From NCBI GenBank assembly GCA_045837725.1, contig JBEWZL010000235.1, forward strand, positions 1 to 64,000: 64,000 nt of DNA, read 5' to 3'. Below the pieces are notes generated by a model. That model was not told the origin of the DNA. It saw only the letters and a program-made list of their open reading frames with translations, and did not search any database. Positions 50,039 through 63,292 of the stretch are shown here, piece after piece (the stretch's first letter is position 1; each line of letters opens with the position of its first letter). Both the position numbers and the translations under genes were made by a program. The stretch comes from Vermamoeba vermiformis. Its lineage: Eukaryota.

Positions 50039-52485
50039 ATGCAGGACGACAAAGTTAGAACTCCGGCTAAGGAGGTAAGAAGCATTAAAATATGAAAAAT
50101 TCGCGTTATAGCTCACTAATTCTACCTTATTATTAGGAAAGTAGAGTCAAAAGAGTAATTAGAGCCTTTAAACAGTGGAAAACCGCTGAAGAGAGTACGA
50201 AAAATTGTCTAATAATTAGCTGTTTTATTCTAATAATTATTTTAGCGACGGCGAAGGATTTGTCGCATTTTTGTAATGAAGTTCTATTTTTGGGCGCTGA
50301 TCAGAAGCTTGGATCTGACGGTACAGAACTGAACACAAAAATAGGTACGTATCAATGAGACATATATATATTTAATACCATTGCAGAGGATTCGTATTTT
50401 CGGGTCAACCGTGCAGTTACAGAAATTCAAGGCATGAAGGCGACGGTACGAAAAAAAAAACAGAAAATAATTTCGAAATTAATTATTTTTGATTAGACCG
50501 AATTATCATCAGTATTACCAATATTAGAACGATTAGAAGAGTATCATAGGTTATCTTATTTACTTATTCAAGAATGTCGAAAAACGTGTATTCGCGCCAA
50601 CGATAATTACCAGGTACTTTCCAAATATAGAAAAAATAATTTATTCGAAGTAACCATTAATTACTTGGCGATAGAAACAAGAAGAAGAATCAAATTTAAT
50701 GTTACCGCCTTCGCAAGTGCTACTACAAGGTAAATTTCAAAATTAAAAAAATATTTTTACCTACAAACCAAACCTCTCGTCTAATATTCAAATATTTTTA
50801 AGGCCAATTACAAGTCAAAGGCAAAAAAGGCTGGAAAAAACGAACAATTCAATTAACAAAAGCGAACTTAGTCGTATTCAAACACGATGTAAGACAAAAT
50901 CAATTTCGCGCTACAATTATTGATTATATCGTTATTCTTTAGGCCAGCGAAGTGCTCCATAATATTCATCTCGTAGTGTGCTCAGTAAGACCGGCCACAG
51001 AAGAAAAGAAAAGTTTTTGTTTTTCGGTGTTCAATCCGAGTGTTATAATCACATTCCAAGCACAAGATAAGGTATAAATACTATATATTACGCGTCTATT
51101 ATTAATATGTTATACGAATAGGGTGAAATGGACGTATGGATTGCGACCATTCAAAGTCACATATTGGGTTGTTTGGAGGACAACGAGCCAACGTAAGGCG
51201 ATCTGACGCGTTGGTTAAAAGAATTCAATTAACGAAATTTCGCAGTTCTGGTGGCAGAAAACGACGTACAACAATCGATGAAGAGGATGATGTGGTTAAA
51301 CAGACTAGTGGCCTCAGAAGTTCCTCGTCATGGAGTGCGAGTAAAAGTCCACTCAAAGCACGAAAGAGATCGTCAGCGCCTAAACTACAAAGCGAGATTG
51401 TACACTCAAATTCAGGCATGTTAGGCTTGAAAGATTTGAGCCAGTTTGCTGGCGAAGGAACCGACGCGTTGGCCTTGTCGCCTCGTGCTGATTTTTTATC
51501 GTCCCGATCAAAAGAGAACACGGAGTACACCATATTAGAGGAGCTTTATGCCATGGACTCAGCAAATCGATTCTGCGCTGATTGTAGCGCGGAATGTAAG
51601 TCACGTGAAAATTCGCTGAAATCTCGTCTAATGACGTCTATTCGACAGCGCCAACGTGGATCAGTATTAACTTGGGATGTTTGTTATGCATCAATTGCAG
51701 CGGCATTCATCGAGGTCTGGGTGCGCACGTGTCAAAAGTTCGGTCGTTGACACTTGACACGATTGAACCGCACGTCAAAAGAGTTGTCGAATTGATTGGC
51801 AATGCATTTTTGAATAGCATTCTCGAGGCTGATTTGCCAGTGACATTCAACAAGAATTTACTCGCTACCAATCAGTAAGTCCTTCGTAAAAGTACCACCA
51901 TACACGCCCCCGATAAAAGTTTAATTTTTCCTTTAAAGCACTATGCGCGAACAATTCATCAAAGAGAAGCACGTGCACAGACAGTTCTGTTCAAAATACA
52001 AAGGTGACAAAGAAGGCAGTTTGATTCAAGCGATTAAAATGGACAATCCTCCTGGTGCCGCAGCGTTAGTGCTGTTCGGTGCTAATGTTCGTGCCTCTGA
52101 AGGCATGCGATCTTCGTTACATTACTCCGCTCAACGAGGCTCAGCTGAAGTCATGTCACTGTTGTTATTGAACGGAGCGGATCCGAATGTCGTCGACTCA
52201 GGTACGTTTCATCGAGCATACTTATTAACTATTACTAATGTTTAATTAGTGCGATTGACGCCGCTACATTACGCAGCCAGAGCAAACAAAATTGATTGTG
52301 TAAAGTTATTGTTGAAATACGGCGCAAACCCTGCTGCGCTCGATGACTTGGGTGAGTTGTTCCGCTTTAACGTTGCAATGCCCGTTCTAATTGTAGCATT
52401 TGTAGGACGAAAACCGATTGATATTGCAGAGCCGAATGCAACAGAGGTGCGAGAAGTGTTGACGAGTGTCACACCAGCGAGTTAG
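50039..52485 (+). CDS. ArfGAP with coiled/BAR-like region, PH domain and ankyrin repeats (ACAP/centaurin-like)
   Basis: PH: QGQLQVKGKKGWKKR..FQAQ..WIATIQ. ArfGAP zinc finger: CADC..WISINLGCLLCINCSGIHRGLGAHVSKVRSL. Ankyrin: SLHYSA and TPLHYAA. Confidence 0.92.
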
Positions 52486-52902
52486 ATCCACGATAGATGT
52501 ATTTGTAAATGTAGTTTTCCTCTTTATTACTATCGTTCTTTTTCTTTATGTTTTATGCAGTATTATAATTCGTTATTGAAGTAATTGTGCTGCAAAGCCG
52601 TCGCTCTATCAATTCTCGATTCACTATCAAAAAAGTCAAACATTTGCGAAGTTCCACAAACGGTCTGATCGCTGAACACGAAAAATTAAACTATGCTAAA
52701 AGGCTTAGGACTCAATTAGTAGCCTCCCAAGCGTTGGTGTTCGTGCAATGAATTTTTCTGGTTCGTCGTGGAAGAGCAGTCAGACCGAAATTGGAAACGC
52801 ACATTTTCTTCGTCAAATTACTGCGGGCAATAAAATTGGAAACTGCGGGTAATTCTATTATTTATTACACGCCAGAAGCGTAGGCGGCAAATAGTATACA
52901 AA

Positions 52903-55484
52903 ATGGAGCTTCCAAGCGAGATACTGCACCACATCTTCCAGTATCTTCGCGGGGAAGCATTGTATCATATAGCTGTTGTAAATAAGCATTGGCATGAAGT
53001 TTCCACTACTGAGGTAAGACTAATATTATATACGCATAATTACGCTCGAACTTCAAGACAAGATCCGATCAGATCAGTTTTTTCGCTGACGGATGCGCGA
53101 GGATAAATTTGCAAATAATTTTTATCAAATTGCTAAACCATATATATCCTTATTTAACAGTAAATCACCATTTTCCTTCGCAACGTCATATTTTAATAAT
53201 TAACTAATTTGTTATTTCTAGACGCTGTGGAAAATAATTTGTAAAAATTATCATTTCGAGACATGGGAGGAAAATCATATAGGTTTATTAGACCCAACGT
53301 TCTTTTACAACGGAAGTTCGCTTAGACTGAATCCCGATCCTCCAACTTGTTCGCATAGCTTTGATTATGAAGACTGCGAAGCTATTAGGCCTAGAAAAAA
53401 AAGAAAATTAGATCCAATGCCATATAAATTACGTGTAAGTAATAATTACGAGGCAAAAGACGGATGTGATCTATCGGAAAATGAATCAAACTTGTTAACG
53501 ATTGTATTGTAGGTACGAAATTATAGAAGATTTTATTATCAACTAATGCCATGGAAATGCAACGAATTGAAAATATTCGACGGATCTATCGTACATAAAC
53601 TTCGTAAGAAAAATCGATCTCCGACTAAATTTTACTAATAATTATCATTTAGCGATATTATTGAAATCAATGCAAAATAGTGATATTGAATCAGTAAAAA
53701 GTGGGACTATTGATGAAATTACGCATGTACGAGATGAAGATCTGCTCGACGAAGATGCGCTGTCAGTCAATAACAACAACAATAGCATGTATATTAATAG
53801 CACTATGAACACATCGATCGATCAAAATGTAAATAACCGTCGAATTGAAGAAGAAATCGAGCAAAATGTCACCATTGACACGACAACAAATGACATTTTG
53901 AAAGAAGACTCGAACAGCGCGTTACTTTTGCAAGAATATGCGTTGACAGCATCGCCGCAGAGGACAGCAATCTCAACGGAAATCTCCGAGGCCGCCAGTC
54001 ATTACACGGACTCGAGCTCGAATTCAGCCAGTGAAAATTCTCAAGCGCAGCTCAACTCGTTTGAATACGCATCGAACGGCAGTCAATCGGCCAACACTAA
54101 TGTCAATCAGCACAGAGACGGCAATGACGATGAAAATTCATGGGACGAATATGGATCTGAAGAATCGTTGATGGACACTGTTATTCCGTTCAGCAAGACA
54201 GCACTGAAAACAGTGCCTTTTATGGGAGGCTATTTTGGATTCACGCTTGGTCGCGATGAAACGCATTATTTGACCATTTTGAATGGCGCGGCTGGAGGCC
54301 GAACTGTCATCTTGGAATTGCCTAATAAGGAAAAAATCTTGCTTGACACTCCGATCATTGGTTGCAGGAAGACGGCTCTTGACACTTTTGACGTAAGTCA
54401 TGGAACAGCAAATATTACTAAATATGGAAATATTGACCAAACATCCAGGACGAAGAGTCGACCCGAAAACAGTTCTGGTACACGTGGCTACACTTCAAGC
54501 ATAATTTTTATAATTTATATGATCGCGTTTTGAAAGGCGGAATAATATTTCATCGAGATCTGACCTACAAAATGACCGAAGATAAGTTTAGCGAGATCTT
54601 CCCTCAGTAAGTGAATCAACGATATAGAGCATTAGAAAACATTCTTGTTTTACTATTTCAACGTGAATACTCAATTTTAATAGTTTATACTAACTTATTA
54701 TTGCCAGACATGAGACGCATCATAACGAGAAAGATCTGACTTTCAAGAAGATCCCGGACTTTTTGTGCGGCATTCGAGGCAATACCGTGCTTCATTTTGT
54801 AAAGAAGAAGCTAACGGGCAAGATATGGACCTATTCTCAAGATGAAACTTACATAAGACAAGCACCGAGGGTACGTTAGATCCACATCCGCGCAACGATT
54901 TTTTGCCTAACTTGGTTTGCATAGGATATCTTTGTTTTTTTATTAGAGCGGTATAATATGATCAAGCAAAAAGTTTCGGAGTATATTGGCGAAGATCTAG
55001 TCAATTTCGAGGAAGAAAAGACGTTCTCGGGCAACGGCCGAGATCTCTATCACTGCGTTAAGAATTTGATTGAAAGTGGCTGCACGGATGAAATCATATT
55101 GGATAGGTACGTAATACTTAATATTGGAGACTAGGCTTTATAAATGAAACCGAGTCCTGATCTGGATTCGGATCACCTCTTGGCATCGAATTTTTTGGCT
55201 TACATTAAGACTTTATCAAATCGCAAATTTACTTTTATTCTCTAGTCCTCGCCTACTAAATAAATCATTATCTAATCTTCGGTTGTAGTGCTTTGTGGAC
55301 GCTGAAAGGAGGCAACAAGTTCACCCTCAAAATGTTCTGCGGCGTCAAAGCGGATGATTTTTTCACTTCATTTATCATTCTGCTGCGTGAAGTCGTCAAA
55401 GTCAATGCCAAACAAGCGAGCATTATCACTGCTTCGAAGTTTTTTTCGTACTTCAACAACCCGAGCAAGCGCAAGACTTCATAA
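52903..55484 (+). CDS. F-box protein with an acidic/Asn-rich middle and unknown C-terminal region
   Basis: The N-terminus MELPSEILHHIFQYL..IAVVNKHWHEVS..LWK is an F-box consensus; downstream exons splice in frame. Confidence 0.78.
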
Positions 55485-55541
55485 TCAGTTCAGTAAATCA
55501 AAACTTTTGCTGAGCTATTTGAAACGTCTGCAAGTATTTAT

Positions 55542-57163
55542 TTAAGCAAATAATACGGCATAAAGAATGGCAAAGACAGGCACGGCAAATCTGACAGCTG
55601 CTGCCGAGGTCTTGGACGGAGAAGAAGGTGAATTGCCCGGTGCAGAGGAGGGCGAATTAGCGGGCGCCGGAGAAGGCAAGGTGCATGTTTTGCCATCACC
55701 CACGTATCCTTCTTTGCAGACGCAAGTGCGGAAGTAATCAGTGGCCGACACGATGCAGTCAGCATTAACGTCACAATCGTTATTAGCACCCACGCACTGG
55801 TCTTGAGGGAAGATCCAGATGTCGCTGAACGTTGTTTCGCCATCCTCGCCACCGCATAGAATGAGATTGCCGCGATTGTGAATTCCACCTGATCTACCAG
55901 GGTAGAAACGAGTTCCAAGCACACTACCTTCAGCACGGTAGTTGGTGAACGCATTCGGGACCACTATCACAACATCACTAGCATTGCCGTACACGAACTT
56001 CCACATCTTGCTCGTCTTGTTGAATAGCCAAAAATCGTTCAAGCCTTGGGCAGCAGCGAAGGCAAGTCCACCGCCGATGAGCAAAGTGCCGTCAAGTCTG
56101 TCAACCATCAGAGCACCTGTTCGCGCACGCGGGTAGTTGTTGATGTCGAAGTCATCTGGCACTGCCAAAGAATTCTGTGTTTGGAATGAAGATTCATTTC
56201 CCCATTCAACACGCCACTCCAAAGTCTTCGTGTCAAAGGACCACATGTCACCCCATTCAAACCCCCCCTCGTAAGCGGGAGGGTCTCCATAGCCACCAAA
56301 TATCCAAATACGATCTTCCTTATCGATGATCGAGGCAGGTAACCAACGGCCATTCCAAGTCTTGGTCGCAAAGTTGATTTTGACGGCGGATGTAGCGTTG
56401 CCGCCAACAAAAGTCCACATCCAAGAAGTAGTGTTGAAATGCCACACACCACTGATAGTCTCGTTGTATATCCTCCCAAGAGCCACAGATTGTTTTGAGA
56501 GTCAATACTGAGACTAGCGCCTTCAATTGGTCCAGGATAGTTGTCAGATGCAGCGACCCCAACTTCGCCGTACAGGGGGACTTGCGTATCGTTGTATCGG
56601 AAGTTTGTAAACTCGAATGAAGTGGTGTTGAATCGCCAGAACATGTTTGCAGTGCCATCTTCACTTCCATAGATCCAGATGTTGTCGTCATGGTCGATCG
56701 CGGAACCAACAAAAGTCATTTCACCCGGAAATCCGTTAGCATCGGGCACACCATATTCAGTAATTACTTCGTAACTGACGCTGGAGTTACTGACGCTGCC
56801 AGCGACCCAACGGTATAGATCAGTCTTGGGGTCGTAATTCCAAACCGCGTTCAAATAATAATCTACGTCAAGGGAATATCCGTAGCCACCAATAATCCAT
56901 ATTGTTCCTTTTGAATCTGTTTCCACGACAAAAGTTCCAGATCTGCCGCCAACACCGGTGCTGATGTTCGTCCACTCGTATCTGACCGATTGAAATTCGG
57001 GAACCCCTTTAATAAACATTAAATTAGCGTTAAGTTTCAGTTTAAATCAACAATACTGACCTGTATCAGAGGCATTATACGGAGAAATCCAGATCGGAGT
57101 GATTGATGCCGCCGAGAAGAAGATGCAAGAACACAAGACCAGCACGATGCCACTCGAAACCAT
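55542..57163 (-). CDS. Secreted Kelch/galactose-oxidase-type propeller + EGF-like domain + GPI signal, with a frameshift at ~56468
   Basis: Signal peptide, repeated IWI[IFY]GG..W.F blades, EGF-like CVGANNDCDVNADC..CVCKEGYVGDGKTC, Ser/Pro stalk and hydrophobic tail. The repeat pattern switches frame at ~56468. Confidence 0.8.
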
Positions 57164-57726
57164 CTTGCGTGTTGTTTGATCAGTAATAGAAGTATAAAAT
57201 TGATGACTCCTCGCCCAACGTTGCGTTTTTATCGCTCTGACCGTATCTTTTTATCTTTAGCTGTCAGTTAATGTGTGTTTTAGCTATTTTTAGCATGTTT
57301 GTGGCGTTTAAAGTACGCTTTTAAATATATTTGTGAAGATGATCAAGCGTTCCGAAGCTTGAAGTTTGGTGGCAGCTGGATCTTGGACGGTGCCAAAAGT
57401 CCTTCAGTTATACAAACATAGAATCTGATTCCAAATCTGCCATTAGTATACTATACATGGATATGTAAGAATGACACCAAAGCGGCGTTAAATTGTAGAT
57501 GTCATCGTAACAGATCCGTTTTGTCGTATCCGGAAACCGTTTTTTTAAAATGAACAATTGAATTTGACTTTCACGTATCAAATTTCTACAAAAATCTTGT
57601 TCTACTTTTTAAAGGCGTTCATTATTGTTGTTTTGACCACTTAACTTTTGCATCGACGGCCGATCTAGATCCAACTTTGACAGCTGTCAAACATCATTTG
57701 CCAGCATGCCCAGTATTTATTACGGA

Positions 57727-59034
57727 TTACAGATCTAGATATGTTAAGTTAGGGAGCATTGAAAATACAAATTCTTTGGTATAATTCGGTTCGCCACACA
57801 ACGACAGCGAGCGCAAATTGGTAAAGGAAAGAATTTTGAACGCAGTATCCTTCGCGACTGCAACTTGTAATTTGGTTAAATTTGTCAATTGCAGCAACTT
57901 GTCCATATCACCGGTGGACATTCGTTCTTCGGGTCGCTTAAATACTCTTAATTTTTGTAATCTTGTAAACTCCTCGGGCAATCGTCCATTGAAAGACCAA
58001 TTCCAAACTAGCCTGGTTAGGTTTGTCATCGAGATGCTAACGTATTTGAACGTATCTATTGTGTAATACGCGCCCCAATCGTCTGAGATTTGACTCATTT
58101 TAAATACTTGCAACGCAGTCATTGTGGACATGTACTTGAAACTCTCTTCCAGCATTCGTTCGTTGTTGGTACAGTCCAAGTACGTGAGTTTTGGCAAGTA
58201 ATTTAAGTACTCGAATTCTTTTGACTTCATCATATTGAATTGTAATGTCAAGTGATCGAGATTACGTAGTGAAGTCAATACTGCCAAATGATTGATGCTG
58301 TCGAACAATACTAATCTTTGGAGATTGGTCAAGCTGCGAAACATTCGACATGATTTCGGAATTGGGTGGCTGCCTTTGAGTTCAAGCCGCGTTAAGTTCG
58401 ATAGCGAATCGAACAATTCTTCGACCGGCGAATCAATTTCGAGACCATAAACGCTTAAATGCAAGTGCTGAAGGCGTGATAATGATGTCAATTGTACCAG
58501 CACTTCCATTGTATTGTATTCGCAAGGAATACGCAACGTTAACGACTGCAGCCACGTTAATTGAGCAAGTCTCTGGCTCCGTTGCATGGACAACGGTAGA
58601 TCGCTAATGTAAGAGCAGTCGTGCAATAAAGAGAGGCAGTTCTGATTGCTCATTTTTTTGCACACAGACGACAACCTGCGAAAAATCACAAGGATTAATT
58701 TTGCAATGAAGAACGGATCCGAACTATGATGAATTAAAATGCACAAAATACAACCATCAGAATGCTTACCTTAATATACTTTCAATGTCCACAATCAAGT
58801 TCACGATTATTCGCAATACATCTCTTGGGCAATCGAGTAAACCATATCCTGCGTTAGCAACAGCTAGGAGCGTTAATCGATTAAATAGTAAATAATTAGT
58901 TATAATTACTATTATATTACGAGTAAATTATATCAAGGCAACTATACAAACACATTAATGAAGCATTGCTTTACTTCAAAATTGTCACTAATGTACAAAT
59001 TAACTCACCGGTGTTTCTTCAACGGAGGCTCCAT
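57727..59034 (-). CDS. F-box/LRR protein
   Basis: LLDCPRDVLRIIVNLIVDIESILR|LSSVCK (F-box) followed by LxxLxxL repeats (LTNLQRL, LRNLDHL, LPKLTYL, LTNLTKL). Confidence 0.82.
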
Positions 59035-59271
59035 TGTCGTTACCGTGGACCAACACCAACAAAGTTCGCGTTATAATTGATTCACAAAGATCTTCGTAAC
59101 AATGTTTTCCCGATGTACCGAACCAAGCAATGCATTTAATAGCTAGTCCCTGTTATTTCCTTGTTATCTCCGATCTCCGATGATTTTAGACTTATAAACG
59201 CTTAGATTGAAAAATAATCAAGTGTACTTCAGATTCTATTCCAGAATTACGGAGTTAGGCGGAATAGTCTT

Positions 59272-61920
59272 TTAATACTGTAACATCTTAGCAGCCTTGC
59301 TAGGTGACCGTTTTTCAGCGAATTGCATGGCCTTGTTGTCCGGCATCAAATGCTGCGGGCTCGGCGTGTCGTGATAAACTGTTTTCAAGAAATTTCTGAA
59401 CGCTTTTTGTGCAGCCGAGACCTGTATTAATAATATTATTAATAAGGGCTTATTTGTCTCTGCATAATAGTGCAGTGTACTTGCCTTTGTTGCGTCCTTG
59501 ACGTAGATCCGGATGTAGTGCTCGGCGAATTGCGACGGAATTAATAACGAGACTTGGTCCTTAGGGATCGTGAAGTGGTCTATTAATAATAAATAAACGT
59601 TAGGATTTAATTGGAGAGGCCGATCCGTGACACGTTTCATTATTTCCTATTTAGGAAAGTCGAACTTCCGTGCAGTACTTACTGTCAGCGTCCCATTTGC
59701 TGAAAAAATGCACGTGATCAACGGGGTTCTTATCTTTAAAGGCTATAATAATAGGAAAAGGTCAAATTGTTATTCTATTCGAGCGGATCTGGATGTGGTT
59801 ACGTACCGTAATTAATAACAAATCTGTCGACTATAATATCTTCTTCGTGTAATTCAACGTCGCTAGAATCGCTGTACGGAACAATCTTTGCAGGTGTAAT
59901 GCGGTCCTGGAGGGCACGGAGTTAGCTTCAAGTGTTCATGAACGAACTGTGGGGTTGATTGTTATGACTTACTTTGGTAAAATGTTCCACTGAGAGCGGC
60001 GGAATAATAAATTCGTCTGCAAATTTGTACAATTCTCGTTTTCTGATGCGACGAATAATGTGTTGAGCCTCGGCTAGTCCCTGCAACGAAAAATTATTAT
60101 ATATTAGCTCATTCAATATTCACTAGTGTTCAACACAAATCCGTAACAATAAAATATACTGGTAATAATAACTTAATTATTGCTACAATAAAGAAAACAA
60201 CAAATTATTGTTTTTTTAAGGTACGAAAAATTTTTCGATGACACAACGAATTAATGAGTTATAGTATCTTATGAATATAAATACTACGTACTTGATCCTC
60301 AGAGACTTCAATCTGTCTCAAAATGGTGTCTGTCAAAGTGCTGTATCGTTTGGCATCGGTCAACTTGTCAGTGATTTTCATCACGCTGTTAGCCGCATTT
60401 AACGCGTCACCGACCATGTACTCAATGGCCTTGCCTATATATAGCAATATGTTACAAAATATATGGCTATTAATAATATACAATAAAAATAAATTGTTCG
60501 AAAGTTGGAGGATCCGATGACTTTGCGGGATCAAAAAATGATTGATAATACTTCAAATAGAATAGTATACCGATAATAAGACGTACCGACACGATGGGTG
60601 TATACTTTTTTGAACATGGTATACCTCGTATGAAACATCTCGTAGACATTGTAAACTTCTTTAGCGTGCCAACAGATCTCATTTTGAATGACACGGCACG
60701 AGATCATTAACCTGCATATTGATTAGTATACTCATATTATATTATAGGACGGGACCTACCGTGAGAAGTCATAACTGGACTTGATGCCCGTGGTATACGT
60801 GTCACGTGCCAAGTAGTCAAACTTGTCCACATCCACTGAGTTGCGCTTGTTTGCAACAATATCGAATAAGAACCTTCTTTCCTTATACTTCTCAGACCTA
60901 TAATTAATTAATTACTATTTATAAAAAGGCTCGTGTACCGCATCCGCGCGACTAAATAAAACTTTCTAAATTTGGAAATGTCGCGAAATAATCGCAAGGA
61001 TTTAGTACAAATATTCGTTATGTAATTCACGATTGCACCTATAATTATAGTTCAATGCCATCTCTATAATAATCGATCTCTTATTAAATTTAACGCAAGA
61101 AATTTCTATTGCCGTTCAAATCTGAAAAAAATAGCGCTTACTCCGCATCTCGCGACAGAATTAAATCTTGAATGAATCTGACATCGTCCCGATTAATATC
61201 AATAGCGTTGTCATCGATGAGGTAGTCGAGCATCCATGTCGACATCTCCTCGTGGTGGAAGTGGATCCTGCCAAAAAGAACCATCCGTCAGGACCTCGAC
61301 TAGCTTAAACTTGCCAGTATCTTTATAACGTTGTTTATGTATGAATATGCATATATACATACCCTCTAGTCTCGAGCCATACTTCGAATGCATGAGAGAA
61401 CGGGCCATGACCGAGATCGTGGCAGAGCCCAGCTAGTTGCGTTATCTTTAGATCTCGGCTGGTAATCTCGAGCTCTGGTTGAGTCTCCTACATATATATT
61501 GTTATTACGAATGCACGATTAAAATTAAATTTAGGCAACCGAGGATTATGTCATCCAGATCAACAAATAAATAATTGAAAAAAAACTTTCAAAAAATTAT
61601 TTAAACGTTGTTTATCGTGTAAATAATATCTATAATGTGTTTATAATATAATGGCATCTTACCTTTATTTTTTGGAGCAATTTACCAGCCAAATAGCCGA
61701 CGCCAATAGAATGTTCGAATCTGTTATGAGAAGCACCAGGATAAACTAAATATGAGCAGCCTAGTTGCTTTAAATCTCTTAGACGTTGAAATTGAGGCGT
61801 ATCAATGATTTCATTTGAATAGAAGGGGATCTCGATATGTCCGTGAATAGGATCGTTGTAAGTCTTGTAAGTTTGAGAATTATAAAGGGCGTCTGAAGAG
61901 TAGTTCACCCTAGTCTCCAT
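59272..61920 (-). CDS. SAMHD1: SAMHD1-like HD-domain dNTP triphosphohydrolase (no SAM domain)
   Basis: [72 protein letters not shown] and VYTHRV. Confidence 0.94.
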
Positions 61921-62983
61921 ACTAACACAAATTTTATAGCTATTGTTGAATATCAAATGAATAATAACATAAAAACGAGAAAAAATTGAATTTTTTATCA
62001 AGTAGTCGGAGACCTGGACTTATTATCACTTTTCGGCCAATGATTGCTCGATCCAATTATAGGCTTGACAAATAAAACTGTTTTCGAGAGCAGTGGTTGT
62101 AGTTTGCTCCGTACAGCAAACAGATCAACGCACCAGATCGAATAGAATGCCCACTAGGGTCTAATTGTCCGAAAAATGATTGGATTATCTAAAACCTGCC
62201 ACCAATAGTTAACTTTGCACGACCATATTCTCGTTTCGGCCACGGGAATCTTGCTAAATGAAGGCAGATCATCTTTGGGCAGTGGTAACTACTGTAAAAT
62301 TAGCGGTCGTTCGGGCAATAAGTACATGAGTTTTCCTGCTCGGGGATTTGTCGACAGTCCGCAAAGTGTCGGGCATTACGTGGCGCAAGGGTAAGAAACA
62401 CGGACATTTCGGTCAAAAAATCTGAATCAATACTCCCAATTGTCCGAACTACGTGGCACCGTAGAACGCTCGCCTCGGCCTATTCGTCTTTTTCCCCGTT
62501 TCACTCAAAAATTTCTGACGGCACTGCCATAGATTGGCATGCTACATTAATGAACCATATCCGAGCAGATCCGCTCAATTCAAAATATAACCTGCTGCCT
62601 GCATTACGACATCCGCAAGAAACTAACAAACGACAAGAATAAGTAGTTCGTAATTATCCTCGTCCCTCAGCTAATCCACAAAATGGTTTGAAACTGTAAT
62701 TAATTAGGCTGAAGTTTAATCCATCAATAATATCTTTTCGGTAAATACACAAAGAGAGATCCACTACCACGGGCAATAGCATCAGTTTGGCCTAAAAATA
62801 ATCAATTTGACACGCAAAAATATTGCAACATTTGGAAAAAACATTAAAAGTCTGTGTTTTATGTGGAACAATCCTCCGTGAACACGACTATAAAAGAAAA
62901 TTGGAGGATTGAACATTTTATTGTTGACGATCGACCACAAGAGGGAACACTAAACCCAGATCAGCTGCACATCTGAATTTAAA

Positions 62984-63292
62984 ATGTTCGGTATTAAGAA
63001 AGCTAGCGTCCAAGACATGCATAACAAGCATGAACACGTTATTGAAAAAATCCAGTCCCTCCGCCAAGTTATATCCGCTCATAAAATGGGTTCAGATAAC
63101 GCAGAACTCTCTCAGATGAAATTAGAAAACGAAAAGTTGAAAGAGATCAACTCCAAAATTAGCGCCCGCTTGGAGCTTCTCGAGAAAGAAGCCTCGAAGG
63201 GCCTTTTTGCAAAAGATATCCCCGTTTCGGCCAAACGTTCAAGCGCCGAAATCACTAGCACCGATGAGCTGAATCCTCAAACGCTCCTGTGA
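62984..63292 (+). CDS. Small coiled-coil protein (may be a partial gene)
   Basis: A 102-aa ATG-initiated ORF with a heptad-like stretch, ELSQMKLENEKLKEINSKISARLELLEKE. Confidence 0.45.
   Translation: MFGIKKASVQDMHNKHEHVIEKIQSLRQVISAHKMGSDNAELSQMKLENEKLKEINSKISARLELLEKEASKGLFAKDIPVSAKRSSAEITSTDELNPQTLL

Noticed and set aside
7827-61920. Macro domain and SAMHD1 as a clustered antiviral defence system
   Set aside because: They are over 50 kb apart and separated by housekeeping genes; no evidence of linkage.
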